IMG/VR virus record: IMGVR_UViG_3300020048_000026
Coordinates: 1-64,000 of that record
Direction: 5' to 3' (one strand)
From: a virus
DNA length: 64,000 nt
Part shown: positions 31,119 through 39,885 of the stretch, piece by piece
How positions within the stretch are numbered: the first letter of the stretch is position 1
Layout: each line of letters starts with the position of its first letter
Notes under the pieces: generated by a model
What the model saw: the letters and a program-made list of their open reading frames with translations, nothing else
The model's database searches: none
Told to the model about the DNA's origin: nothing
Made by a program: the position numbers and the translations under genes

Positions 31119-31823
31119 ATGATTGATAATATATTCATAATTCATTGGAAAGAATTAATAGATAGAAAAAAATATTTGGAAGAAAAATTATCTGAATATA
31201 ATGTTACTTGGATTGATATTTATGATAGAAATAGTATCACAAATGAAACTATATCTAAAGTCTATAAAAAGAATGTAGAACTGTGGAATAATAGAATGCA
31301 TAGATTATATAATCATAAACCTGAATATCAAGAAATGAAAATTTCTGAAATTTGTAATTCATTATCTCACCTTTATGTACTAGATTATATGATAGATAAT
31401 AATATTGATTATGGTATAGTTTTAGAAGATGATGTTATATTAAAATCTGATTTTTTTCAAAGATTTGATTCTTGTTTTAATGATACTCCAAAAGATTTTG
31501 ATATTATATTTTTTGGTTCAAGTTTTTCACCTCAAATATTGGATAGTGTTGGTTTTGAGAATGATAAGCCAGCAATAGAAATTAAATATGGTGTTTCTGT
31601 ATATGAAAAATTCAGAAATCCAAAAACAAGAACAGTTGATGCTTATATTTTAAAAAAATCAACTTGTAAAAAATTAAAAACTATTACAAATGAAATATCA
31701 TCTGCTTATGATCATGACATGGCGTATTTTATTAAAGAATTGGATTTGAAGGTTTATTGGTGGGAACCAGGTTTAGTTTTTCAAGGAAGTCAAGCAGGAT
31801 ATTATGGTAGTTCCATAAGATAA
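31119..31823 (+). CDS. GT25 glycosyltransferase
   Basis: IIH....DRK, EICNSLSH, VLEDDV, AYI. Confidence 0.85.
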   Translation: MIDNIFIIHWKELIDRKKYLEEKLSEYNVTWIDIYDRNSITNETISKVYKKNVELWNNRMHRLYNHKPEYQEMKISEICNSLSHLYVLDYMIDNNIDYGIVLEDDVILKSDFFQRFDSCFNDTPKDFDIIFFGSSFSPQILDSVGFENDKPAIEIKYGVSVYEKFRNPKTRTVDAYILKKSTCKKLKTITNEISSAYDHDMAYFIKELDLKVYWWEPGLVFQGSQAGYYGSSIR

Positions 31824-31834
31824 AATAATTTTAT

Positions 31835-32740
31835 ATGATATATTTCTATAATACATTTCATAATGGTGATATTCATTACTCTAAAAGTTTTGTAAGAGAT
31901 ACAATGAAAAAAATGGGGACAAATGATTATTGTTATTTACATAACAATAATCCTGAAATTTTAAAAGATTTTCCTACTATAAAACAGGATAAATCTTTTA
32001 CAACCTTTGACAATTGGAATTTAGTTAGTAGATATCCTATATCATATTACAATCAAGTTATTTTAGAATCTGCACCCAACAATAATAATATCTATATTAA
32101 TACTTGGGTTGGTCAACAAAATTGGATCACAAAAAGTGGAATGAATAGAAATAGAGATGATAGATATTGTTCCTTATATTCACATTATGAGTTATATGAA
32201 GATATATTTAGTACATTAGGATTACCGATTGAACCTATTGAATATTATTTACCAGAAATTGATTTTGATTTTATAGAAAAAGAAAATATTGATAATTTTT
32301 TCTCCAATAATAAATTTGATTTAAGTGTATTAATTGTAAATAATGATCCAGATACTATTAGGATTCAAATGGATATGGAAGGTATTGTAGATATGTTATC
32401 AAATAAATATCCAAATATTTTATTTATTTTAACAAGAAAAGCAAATTTAAATAGGGAAAATATCGCTTATACTAATGATATAATAGGTTTAGCTTGTGAT
32501 TTGAATGAAATTAGTTATTTATCAAAATTCTGTGATATTATAGTAGGACGACCATCTGGTCCTTATACGTTTAGTATAATAAAGGATAATTTTGTAAAAG
32601 AGAAATGTTTAATTACAATTTCAAATAATAAATATGATCAGTTTTATTTTGAGTCTGATGCAGATATATTTTTATTAACTAATCATACTTCTAATGCTCT
32701 AATAAATGTGTTAGAAAATAAAATAAATGAAAGATTATGA
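31835..32740 (+). CDS. Putative GT-B fold glycosyltransferase
   Basis: HNGDIH, CDIIVGRPSGP (GT9-like); cluster context. Confidence 0.5.
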   Translation: MIYFYNTFHNGDIHYSKSFVRDTMKKMGTNDYCYLHNNNPEILKDFPTIKQDKSFTTFDNWNLVSRYPISYYNQVILESAPNNNNIYINTWVGQQNWITKSGMNRNRDDRYCSLYSHYELYEDIFSTLGLPIEPIEYYLPEIDFDFIEKENIDNFFSNNKFDLSVLIVNNDPDTIRIQMDMEGIVDMLSNKYPNILFILTRKANLNRENIAYTNDIIGLACDLNEISYLSKFCDIIVGRPSGPYTFSIIKDNFVKEKCLITISNNKYDQFYFESDADIFLLTNHTSNALINVLENKINERL

Positions 32741-33561
32741 TAGAAAAAGTATTTTATGAAATAGAAGAAGATTTTTGGTGCGAAACTAGATATTTAAATA
32801 CAGTTTATGATTTAATTAAGGATAGATTAGATGGTGATTATTCAATAGTTATAACTCCAAATTTGAGAAGTTTACCAGAAACAAAATATAAAAAAATAGT
32901 TTTATTGACAGGTGATGAGTTAGGCTTTCTTGGTATGAATCCTTATAACCGTAATGATGTTGTAGCAGTATTTAGAATTTTTAATAGAATAGGAAGATTT
33001 GATAATAAATATATTTTTCCAATTCCAGTTGGATATAATTGGACAATGCATAGCGATAAAACTAAAAAAATGGTAAAAATGTATCCTGAAAAAAAATTAT
33101 CAGAAAGAAAATATGATATTTTTTATGCTGGACAACCTTTACCATGGAGAAATGAATTGGTTAGTAATTTGGTCAATTTGAAAGATAAGTTTAATGTATT
33201 TTTTAATCAATCACCTTCTTTTAGATCAGGTATAGATATTGATGAATATTATAAGCTATTAGGAGATACTAAGATTGCATTAGCACCAGATGGTACATCA
33301 GTTGATACTTTTAGATATGTTGAAGCGTTTGGTAGTGGGTGTATTGTTATATCAACACCTAAAGATGATTTATGGTATTATAGAAATTCTCCTGTTTTTG
33401 TGATTAATTCTTGGAGTGAGTTGAATGAAAATTTAATTCAAAATATATTATCAACAAATATTGATGATTTATACTATAAAAATTTACAATATTATGAGGA
33501 AAAATTATCAGAAGAAGCTGTAGCAAGTTATATAATAAATAGTATTCAAAATGGAAAATAA
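32737..33561 (+). CDS. Exostosin/GT47-like glycosyltransferase
   Basis: DIFYAG, TKIALAPDG..VDTFRYVEA...GCIVI. Confidence 0.7.
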   Translation: MIEKVFYEIEEDFWCETRYLNTVYDLIKDRLDGDYSIVITPNLRSLPETKYKKIVLLTGDELGFLGMNPYNRNDVVAVFRIFNRIGRFDNKYIFPIPVGYNWTMHSDKTKKMVKMYPEKKLSERKYDIFYAGQPLPWRNELVSNLVNLKDKFNVFFNQSPSFRSGIDIDEYYKLLGDTKIALAPDGTSVDTFRYVEAFGSGCIVISTPKDDLWYYRNSPVFVINSWSELNENLIQNILSTNIDDLYYKNLQYYEEKLSEEAVASYIINSIQNGK

Positions 33562-34012
33562 TATACTTTTCAATGTAGATGAATATTTTGAAAAAAATCA
33601 GAATCTTTCTGGTGGTAATACTATGTATTCTGTATCAAGAGAACTTGGTAGCAAGTTAACAAAAAAAATTGAAGAATTTAAAGAATTTAAAATAAATAAA
33701 ATCATAACTAATGGTAATATTGCAAGTGTTCTGATGGATTTAATAAGTTATACTTTTACACCTAATATTAGAAATATAACAAATGGACAAATATATCCTA
33801 TGGGAAAATTTCAAGATATTCCTGTGTTTGTTGATCCCTATATGAGATGGAGTGATAATTTTATTCATTTTGAGTATGAACCAGATATTAAACACTTTAG
33901 AAAAATTAAGATTCAGAGTCTTGAAAATACTCTACCAGAAGAGGATAAAAATATTAAATATGGAAGAATATATAGTGGAGTTATAATAGATACAAAAGGT
34001 ATATTACTTTAA
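33551..34012 (+). CDS. Small protein containing a copy of the C-terminal major capsid protein segment
   Basis: ITNGNIASVLMD...NGQIYPMG...VFVDPYMRWSDN versus MCP VTNGNLASVIQD...NGQLFPMG...IYVDPYQRWDDN. Confidence 0.85.
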   Translation: MENNILFNVDEYFEKNQNLSGGNTMYSVSRELGSKLTKKIEEFKEFKINKIITNGNIASVLMDLISYTFTPNIRNITNGQIYPMGKFQDIPVFVDPYMRWSDNFIHFEYEPDIKHFRKIKIQSLENTLPEEDKNIKYGRIYSGVIIDTKGILL

Positions 34013-34335
34013 TCTTCTTCTTGAGGATTAACTTTTTTCTTTCTTATGTATTGTTTTCTTTTGTTCGGTACAACTTTTGTGTCTAATTTTACACCAGATT
34101 TAAGTTGATCTTCACGCTTCATTTTTTTGATAGTTTTATCAATTTCTAGTTTTTCTTTTCTACCTTCATTTATAAAAGTTTCAAAGTTAAAAATTCTTGA
34201 TTCTTTTTTATAGTAATCCCACATACCATAACATTTACCAACAGCTTGTTTCTGATCTGTACCTTCATGTCTAACAGCACTAATACATCTAGAAATGTAT
34301 TTGTTCTTTTTTTCTTTTTTCTTTGGCTTTGGCAT
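34009..34335 (-). CDS. Basic hypothetical (YISRCIS...QAVGKCY) with internal CTS-like motif IFNFETFINE
   Basis: Translation. Confidence 0.6.
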   Translation of the reverse strand: MPKPKKKEKKNKYISRCISAVRHEGTDQKQAVGKCYGMWDYYKKESRIFNFETFINEGRKEKLEIDKTIKKMKREDQLKSGVKLDTKVVPNKRKQYIRKKKVNPQEED

Positions 34336-34339
34336 TACT

Positions 34340-34411
34340 TTAAAGATTGTATTTTTCTGCTATTTCTAATTCTTTTATTTTTGTTTTTATATCTTTAATT
34401 ATTCTTTTCAT
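34340..34411 (-). CDS. 23-aa micro-ORF MKRIIKDIKTKIKELEIAEKYNL (not in ORF track)
   Basis: Ends in the shared KYNL-stop; lies downstream of a TATATA motif. Confidence 0.55.
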   Translation of the reverse strand: MKRIIKDIKTKIKELEIAEKYNL

Positions 34412-34469
34412 TACGCCTTCGTGTGTTTCATAAGTGTATATATTATTTTTTTAATTCAAATTTTAATTG

Positions 34470-34477
34470 TATATTTG
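34470..34477 (+). promoter_or_regulatory. Bacteroidota-type -7 promoter element (TATATTTG)
   Basis: Matches TAnnTTTG, just upstream of ATG 34495. Confidence 0.6.
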
Positions 34478-34494
34478 TATTAAATATAAATGAT

Positions 34495-34656
34495 ATGAGT
34501 CTGGCAAAAAGAGCATTAGAAATGAAGGATACGAATCCTTTAAAAAAACAAATCTTAGATTTTTTAAATGAAAAACCTAAGATTGAAAAAGTTGTTAAGA
34601 CTAGAGTTGTAAAACCAAAAAAAGGTTCTACTACTGGATTTATTTCATTTGGTTGA
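34495..34656 (+). CDS. Small basic hypothetical (MSLAKRALEMK...)
   Basis: Start moved to the ATG downstream of the promoter element. Confidence 0.5.
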   Translation: MSLAKRALEMKDTNPLKKQILDFLNEKPKIEKVVKTRVVKPKKGSTTGFISFG

Positions 34657-34689
34657 AATTCTAAAATTAGTTTCTATTTTTGACTTTTT

Positions 34690-35091
34690 TTATTTTATTG
34701 TACTAAGTTTAGATAATCCATAAAAAATATCTATTATTCTAACTTTTAATAATCCCATTGATTGTGTATTATATACAACTGAACTTGATGGTCGTTGTAA
34801 TAGACATGTTATCCATATTTCTTGACCTCTTTTTACTTGTTTGAGACTTAAATCGGTATTTAATACGGGACCTCCGGCAATTTCATCTAATTTTTTTATT
34901 TCTTCGGGATCTTCTATCATACCAGTTATTTGAACTATTTCCATAGGTCCCTCAATTTTCCTATATTCGCCATTATCTAATCTTGAAATGGCAATAATAT
35001 CATCAGAAAGAGGTTGAAATTCTTTATTTTTACTAAAGTCTTTCACCTTTTTATTTTTGAATTCATCAAATTTTTTAGTTATATCTGACAT
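34690..35091 (-). CDS. Hypothetical, CTS-like leader (ITKKFDEF)
   Basis: Shared leader. Confidence 0.55.
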   Translation of the reverse strand: MSDITKKFDEFKNKKVKDFSKNKEFQPLSDDIIAISRLDNGEYRKIEGPMEIVQITGMIEDPEEIKKLDEIAGGPVLNTDLSLKQVKRGQEIWITCLLQRPSSSVVYNTQSMGLLKVRIIDIFYGLSKLSTIK

Positions 35092-35096
35092 AATTT

Positions 35097-35396
35097 TTAT
35101 TGAATTTCACTATTAGGATCTGAAGGTATTAATTGCTTAGGAATATCCATATCATTTTCCATATCATTTTCACCTAAATGTTCTATAATTTGGTCTAAAA
35201 GTTCAACAACATGACCCACGGAGCCAGCATATCCCCAATTTCTCAAATCACTTTGATATTTTTCTTTAAATATATTTAATCTTGATTTAACTATATCTAA
35301 TTTAGATTGTGCTTCAGCAAAACTATGATCAAATACCTGTTGTGCTTGTGTACTTTCTTTTAGTAAATCTTCTTTTAATGTTGTAAATTTTTTCAT
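35097..35396 (-). CDS. Hypothetical, CTS-like leader (MKKFTTLKE..LKE)
   Basis: Leader nearly identical to that of 3497..4291. Confidence 0.6.
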   Translation of the reverse strand: MKKFTTLKEDLLKESTQAQQVFDHSFAEAQSKLDIVKSRLNIFKEKYQSDLRNWGYAGSVGHVVELLDQIIEHLGENDMENDMDIPKQLIPSDPNSEIQ

Positions 35397-35411
35397 TTTG
35401 TTTTTATTTTT

Positions 35412-35903
35412 TTAAATGTTATAAAGTTCTGCACTTTTTTTTGTTAAATAAAATTCATATTCTTCTGGAAATTCTTTTTTAATAGTGTCAAATATCATTT
35501 CTCTATACTTACGTTTAGATGCTTTAGGATCATTTAGAATATCAAAAAAATCTTCATTTGAATCACTTTTTATACTTAAATCGGCACCAGATTTTATTAA
35601 TAACCTTATTATATCAATTTTAGGTTGATAAGCCGAAACTATTAGTGCTGTTTCACCTAAGTCATTTTTCCAATTTATATCTGCTCCTGCGTCAATTATT
35701 TCTTCACATATTTCTAAATTAGTATCAAAATCTTTTGCAAAATATACAGCATCAATTAGTGGTGAACTTAAAAATCTGGTATATTTAGTAATATCTGCTC
35801 CTAATTCTTTTAATTTTTTAAATTGAGTTAAGTCACCATTTGCTGCAAAGAAATGTAATTCACGATCAAAATTTGTAGATTCAAATTTTTTAATATATTT
35901 CAT
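35412..35903 (-). CDS. Ankyrin-repeat protein with CTS-like leader and YNI C-terminus
   Basis: LHFFAANG, GADI, GETALI.SA, LLIKSGADL. Confidence 0.85.
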   Translation of the reverse strand: MKYIKKFESTNFDRELHFFAANGDLTQFKKLKELGADITKYTRFLSSPLIDAVYFAKDFDTNLEICEEIIDAGADINWKNDLGETALIVSAYQPKIDIIRLLIKSGADLSIKSDSNEDFFDILNDPKASKRKYREMIFDTIKKEFPEEYEFYLTKKSAELYNI

Positions 35904-36361
35904 TCTTCAAATTTTTTTATAAATAATGGATTTTCATCATCTGATGATAATTCCTCTATTGGTTCTACATCACCTCCAATTTTTTCAATGCTTGGATCAT
36001 CTACTTTAACAAATTTATAATCTTGTAATTCTTCAACAATTGCATCTTCTGAAATTTCAGTATCTGTAAATGAATTAACTATATTATGTATGTCATGTAA
36101 GGTTAAAACATAAACACCTTCTTCTGAATCCTCAATTTCTATGGTAGATTCATTTAGATAATCAGAATACTTTGTAATATTTTTTTCAAAAGATAAATCT
36201 TCAGGATTACTTGGTTCAAGTTCATTATCATAATATGTATCTAAGAATTCTTGTATTTCTTCTTTTACATAAATAGTTTCATTTAGAAAATCTTCTTGTG
36301 CTTCTAAGCTTCTTATCCATTTTTCTAAAAGAGATTTTGAAATATTTAAAGTTTCTTCCAT
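35900..36361 (-). CDS. Acidic hypothetical with internal (ITKYSDYLNE) and C-terminal (IKKFEE) CTS-like motifs
   Basis: Translation. Confidence 0.55.
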   Translation of the reverse strand: MEETLNISKSLLEKWIRSLEAQEDFLNETIYVKEEIQEFLDTYYDNELEPSNPEDLSFEKNITKYSDYLNESTIEIEDSEEGVYVLTLHDIHNIVNSFTDTEISEDAIVEELQDYKFVKVDDPSIEKIGGDVEPIEELSSDDENPLFIKKFEE

Positions 36362-36370
36362 TTTTTTGTT

Positions 36371-36808
36371 TTATTTTTCTCTTAATTTATAATCTTGAAC
36401 CAAGTATTCTTTATATTTATTTATTAATTTATCAATTAATATTTCATTTGTAAAGTTTTTATTATCAAGATCGTAAACTAAATCTTCATTTATTGTAATA
36501 TTAATATTATTTAAATTTTCATCTTGATAAATAGATAATTTTGCTTTAATCTTATCTCTATTTGAAAGATTTATAGTTAAATATGTATTATATATTAATT
36601 TAATATTTTTAAAATTCCGCTTATTAAAATATCCGCTTATTTCCATAATTCTTATGGAACTTGGACTATTTCTTCTTTTATAGGTTATTATTGATAATTC
36701 ATGTTTAATTTTTTCAATTAAATCTTTATTTTCATTCTCAACATTAACTGCTATGTCTGTTAAATCCATATTTATCTTCTCATGAAGTTTCTCAAATTTT
36801 GTAATCAT
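36371..36808 (-). CDS. Hypothetical, CTS-like leader (MITKFEKLHE)
   Basis: Start reassigned to the leader ATG downstream of the TATATA motif. Confidence 0.55.
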   Translation of the reverse strand: MITKFEKLHEKINMDLTDIAVNVENENKDLIEKIKHELSIITYKRRNSPSSIRIMEISGYFNKRNFKNIKLIYNTYLTINLSNRDKIKAKLSIYQDENLNNINITINEDLVYDLDNKNFTNEILIDKLINKYKEYLVQDYKLREK

Positions 36809-36890
36809 TATTGTTTCCTCCTTTTTCATCATGTATATATAATTTTTCAAAGTATAAAAATTATATATACATAAAAATTATTACTTTAAA

Positions 36891-39173
36891 ATGGCAATTA
36901 TTCGTATAAGAGATTTAGAAACAGAAGCAACTTTAACAGGTGAAAATTATATACCAATAGATAGAGATGATTATTACACTAACGCTAAAAAACTTTCTTT
37001 ATCAAATTTCAATAATTATATTACTGGTATTACATATAGTTTCTCATCAGGATTAACTTCAGGAACAGATGGTACATCAGGTAGTTCAGGTAGTTCAGGA
37101 ACTAATGGAACCTCTGGTAGTTCAGGTAGTTCAGGTCAAGATGGTACTAATTTTGGAACTTCAGGCTCATCAGGCTCATCAGGCTTTGGTATTAATGGAA
37201 CCTCTGGTAGTTCAGGTAGTTCAGGTATTAGTGTTGCTGGTACTGATGGAACTTCTGGCTCATCAGGTAGTTCAGGAATAGGTGTTGCTGGTACCTCAGG
37301 CTCATCTGGAACCAATGGAACCTCTGGTAGTTCAGGTATTAGTATTGCTGGAACCTCTGGTAGTTCAGGTATTAGTGTTTCTGGTACTGATGGAACTTCA
37401 GGTACAAATGGCACTTCGGGAGTTGGAACTAATGGAACCGATGGAACCTCTGGTAGTTCAGGTACGTCAGGTGTTGGTGGTAGTGGTACTGATGGAACCT
37501 CTGGTAGTTCAGGCTCATCAGGTATTGGTGGTGGTACAGATGGAACCTCAGGAACCAATGGAACCTCAGGAACCAATGGAACCTCAGGTAGTTCAGGTAT
37601 TAATGGAACCTCAGGAAGTTCAGGAATTAATGGAACCTCTGGTAGTTCAGGAATTAATGGAACCTCAGGTAGTTCAGGAACTAACGGAACCTCAGGAAGT
37701 TCAGGAACCAGCGGTGGAGGTCTTCAAGAATTTCCTTTCTATGTTGTAGTATCTGGTGAAACATATTTATCTACACCTCAACCAATAAATTCTGGTGGTA
37801 CGATTGTTTTTAATCAGTTAAGTGGTATTTATATAAGTACTGGTTTAACATCACAAGGATTCTTAGAATTAAATTTATCAGCATCACAAGGTTTAGATGA
37901 ATGGGTTGTTGTAAATGTTCCTGAGTTAGATGCTGCTTGGGCAGAATCTATGGCAAGTACAAGATATGGTAGAATTTGGTGTGTTGGTACAGGATTTACT
38001 TGGACACAAAATACTGATTATATAATAATGCCTTCTGGTAATACAGGTGCACATAAAATTGAAATCGTTGGCTTACCTGAGGCAACATTTAATGTTGATA
38101 CATTTACTGTTAGATTTGGTGATGGGTTTTTAAGTAATATTATTTGGCGAACAAATACCACTAATTATATAACTTCATATAATGGTAGATTAAAATTAGT
38201 AAATAATTATTTTATTGATGATATATCAGGTACAACAAGTGGTACACAAAGGATTCATATAAATATAGATGGTTATGTAAGAGATAATACAGGGTTAATT
38301 GATATAGATGGAATTATGCATTATACTCAAAATTATACTTGGAATAACACAGAGATTATACAACCAATTAGAATTCATAATACAGAGAATAGTCCAGTAG
38401 CATTTGATAATTTATATGTAAATATAAGAGGTGTTGATACTGTTAGTTCATTTGAAAGATTTAACAGAGTTAGATTAAGCGCTTCTGTAGGTACAGATTT
38501 TAAGGTTTCAGGAGATGAGACATGGTTTTTTTCTCCTCAACAAGAATTGCCAGGTACTGGTAATATTGATGCTACTTCAGAAATTTTAAAAACATCATCA
38601 ATTGATAGAGTTCGTGGTGAAAGAATTCCAACAGGTACTACATCTTTAACAAAATATGTTATGTTAGATACTGATAATTATTTAAAAATAGTTACTTTAA
38701 CTGGTGGTACAGGTGGAGGTACATCAGGAACTAACGGTACATCAGGTAGTTCAGGATCATCAGGAATCAATGGCACCTCAGGCTCATCAGGTATTAATGG
38801 TACCTCAGGTTCATCAGGAACCAATGGTACCTCAGGTTCAAGTGGCATCTCACCATCAATATTTACTTGGTCGCTTGATACGCCAGAAGTTGATGGAATA
38901 CCAGGACCTAGATTATATCATAATATGAGAGTTCAAAGGGTTGATTCTTATTGTGTATCATTATCTTCTGTTACATTTACTGTTTCATATAAGAGTACAC
39001 CAACAGGTTCAACAACATATATTTATTCTGGTGTTACAAATACAACACAAGGAGATTCATCAGGTGCGATATCTGAAAGTGTATCGGCAGATAATTGGTT
39101 ATGGTTAGATATTAATAGTATTCAAGGTGCGCCTGATAAATTGGTCGTCTCACTTGCTTTAATATATACGTAA
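36891..39173 (+). CDS. Fibre-like virion protein with Gly-X-Y (GTS/GSS/GTN) repeats
   Basis: Long GTSGSS tracts near the N- and C-termini around a beta-rich domain; N-terminus shared with 39886..43161. Confidence 0.7.
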   Translation: MAIIRIRDLETEATLTGENYIPIDRDDYYTNAKKLSLSNFNNYITGITYSFSSGLTSGTDGTSGSSGSSGTNGTSGSSGSSGQDGTNFGTSGSSGSSGFGINGTSGSSGSSGISVAGTDGTSGSSGSSGIGVAGTSGSSGTNGTSGSSGISIAGTSGSSGISVSGTDGTSGTNGTSGVGTNGTDGTSGSSGTSGVGGSGTDGTSGSSGSSGIGGGTDGTSGTNGTSGTNGTSGSSGINGTSGSSGINGTSGSSGINGTSGSSGTNGTSGSSGTSGGGLQEFPFYVVVSGETYLSTPQPINSGGTIVFNQLSGIYISTGLTSQGFLELNLSASQGLDEWVVVNVPELDAAWAESMASTRYGRIWCVGTGFTWTQNTDYIIMPSGNTGAHKIEIVGLPEATFNVDTFTVRFGDGFLSNIIWRTNTTNYITSYNGRLKLVNNYFIDDISGTTSGTQRIHINIDGYVRDNTGLIDIDGIMHYTQNYTWNNTEIIQPIRIHNTENSPVAFDNLYVNIRGVDTVSSFERFNRVRLSASVGTDFKVSGDETWFFSPQQELPGTGNIDATSEILKTSSIDRVRGERIPTGTTSLTKYVMLDTDNYLKIVTLTGGTGGGTSGTNGTSGSSGSSGINGTSGSSGINGTSGSSGTNGTSGSSGISPSIFTWSLDTPEVDGIPGPRLYHNMRVQRVDSYCVSLSSVTFTVSYKSTPTGSTTYIYSGVTNTTQGDSSGAISESVSADNWLWLDINSIQGAPDKLVVSLALIYT

Positions 39174-39187
39174 AAATAAATTATAAA

Positions 39188-39868
39188 ATGGATATTGCAT
39201 ATTTAGGATCAACCAATGTGGTTTCAGGTTCCTCATCATTAGAGATTGTAACGTTAAATCAAACATTAACAAAACAACATACGATTTTGGCTTTTGTAAA
39301 TTGTCGTTCAAATACAAAAATTACTCCAGTTGCACCTAATGGATGGACTCAAATTGCCAACGTTGATGGTGTAAGTGGTAAAACATTTGTATATTTAACA
39401 CAACCAACTGGAACAACAGTTGATCCAACATATACAATATCCGGGTTATCTCCCACTTTAAATTGTGCATTTGCATTATTTTTTAGTGGTTGTTCATATC
39501 ATTCTTCTAATGTTATTAATGCGATTGTACAAAAACACAATACTCTTGGTACTGGTGTTAGTGGATTTACCACGACCACAAAAAATACAATGATAGTAGA
39601 ATTTGTTGGTACTGTAACAAATACCCAAATAAGTGCTTATGCAAGTACACCTTCTTTGACTTGGACTGAAAGAAGAGATTCTGGTTTTTTCCATTCTACC
39701 AATATTCAATTACGTATTGCAGCAGCAACTTCGTCGTTGGCACCAACAGATAATTATACTTTTTTTGATTATAGTTTCTTAGGTGATACAGGAACTGAAA
39801 GTGAGGTAATAGTTGTTGCGTTAACACCAAGAAAAGGTAATGTTCCTATGTCTATGAGCAGTTTGTAA
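39188..39868 (+). CDS. Thr/Ser-rich beta protein, probably fibre-associated
   Basis: Lies between the two fibre genes; APNGWTQI motif. Confidence 0.5.
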   Translation: MDIAYLGSTNVVSGSSSLEIVTLNQTLTKQHTILAFVNCRSNTKITPVAPNGWTQIANVDGVSGKTFVYLTQPTGTTVDPTYTISGLSPTLNCAFALFFSGCSYHSSNVINAIVQKHNTLGTGVSGFTTTTKNTMIVEFVGTVTNTQISAYASTPSLTWTERRDSGFFHSTNIQLRIAAATSSLAPTDNYTFFDYSFLGDTGTESEVIVVALTPRKGNVPMSMSSL

Positions 39869-39885
39869 AAATATATAGAAAATGA

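Noticed and set aside
10147-34012. Diversity-generating retroelement template/variable repeats to explain the MCP copies
   Set aside because: No reverse transcriptase is in the window, and the copies are diverged throughout rather than near-identical as TR/VR pairs are.
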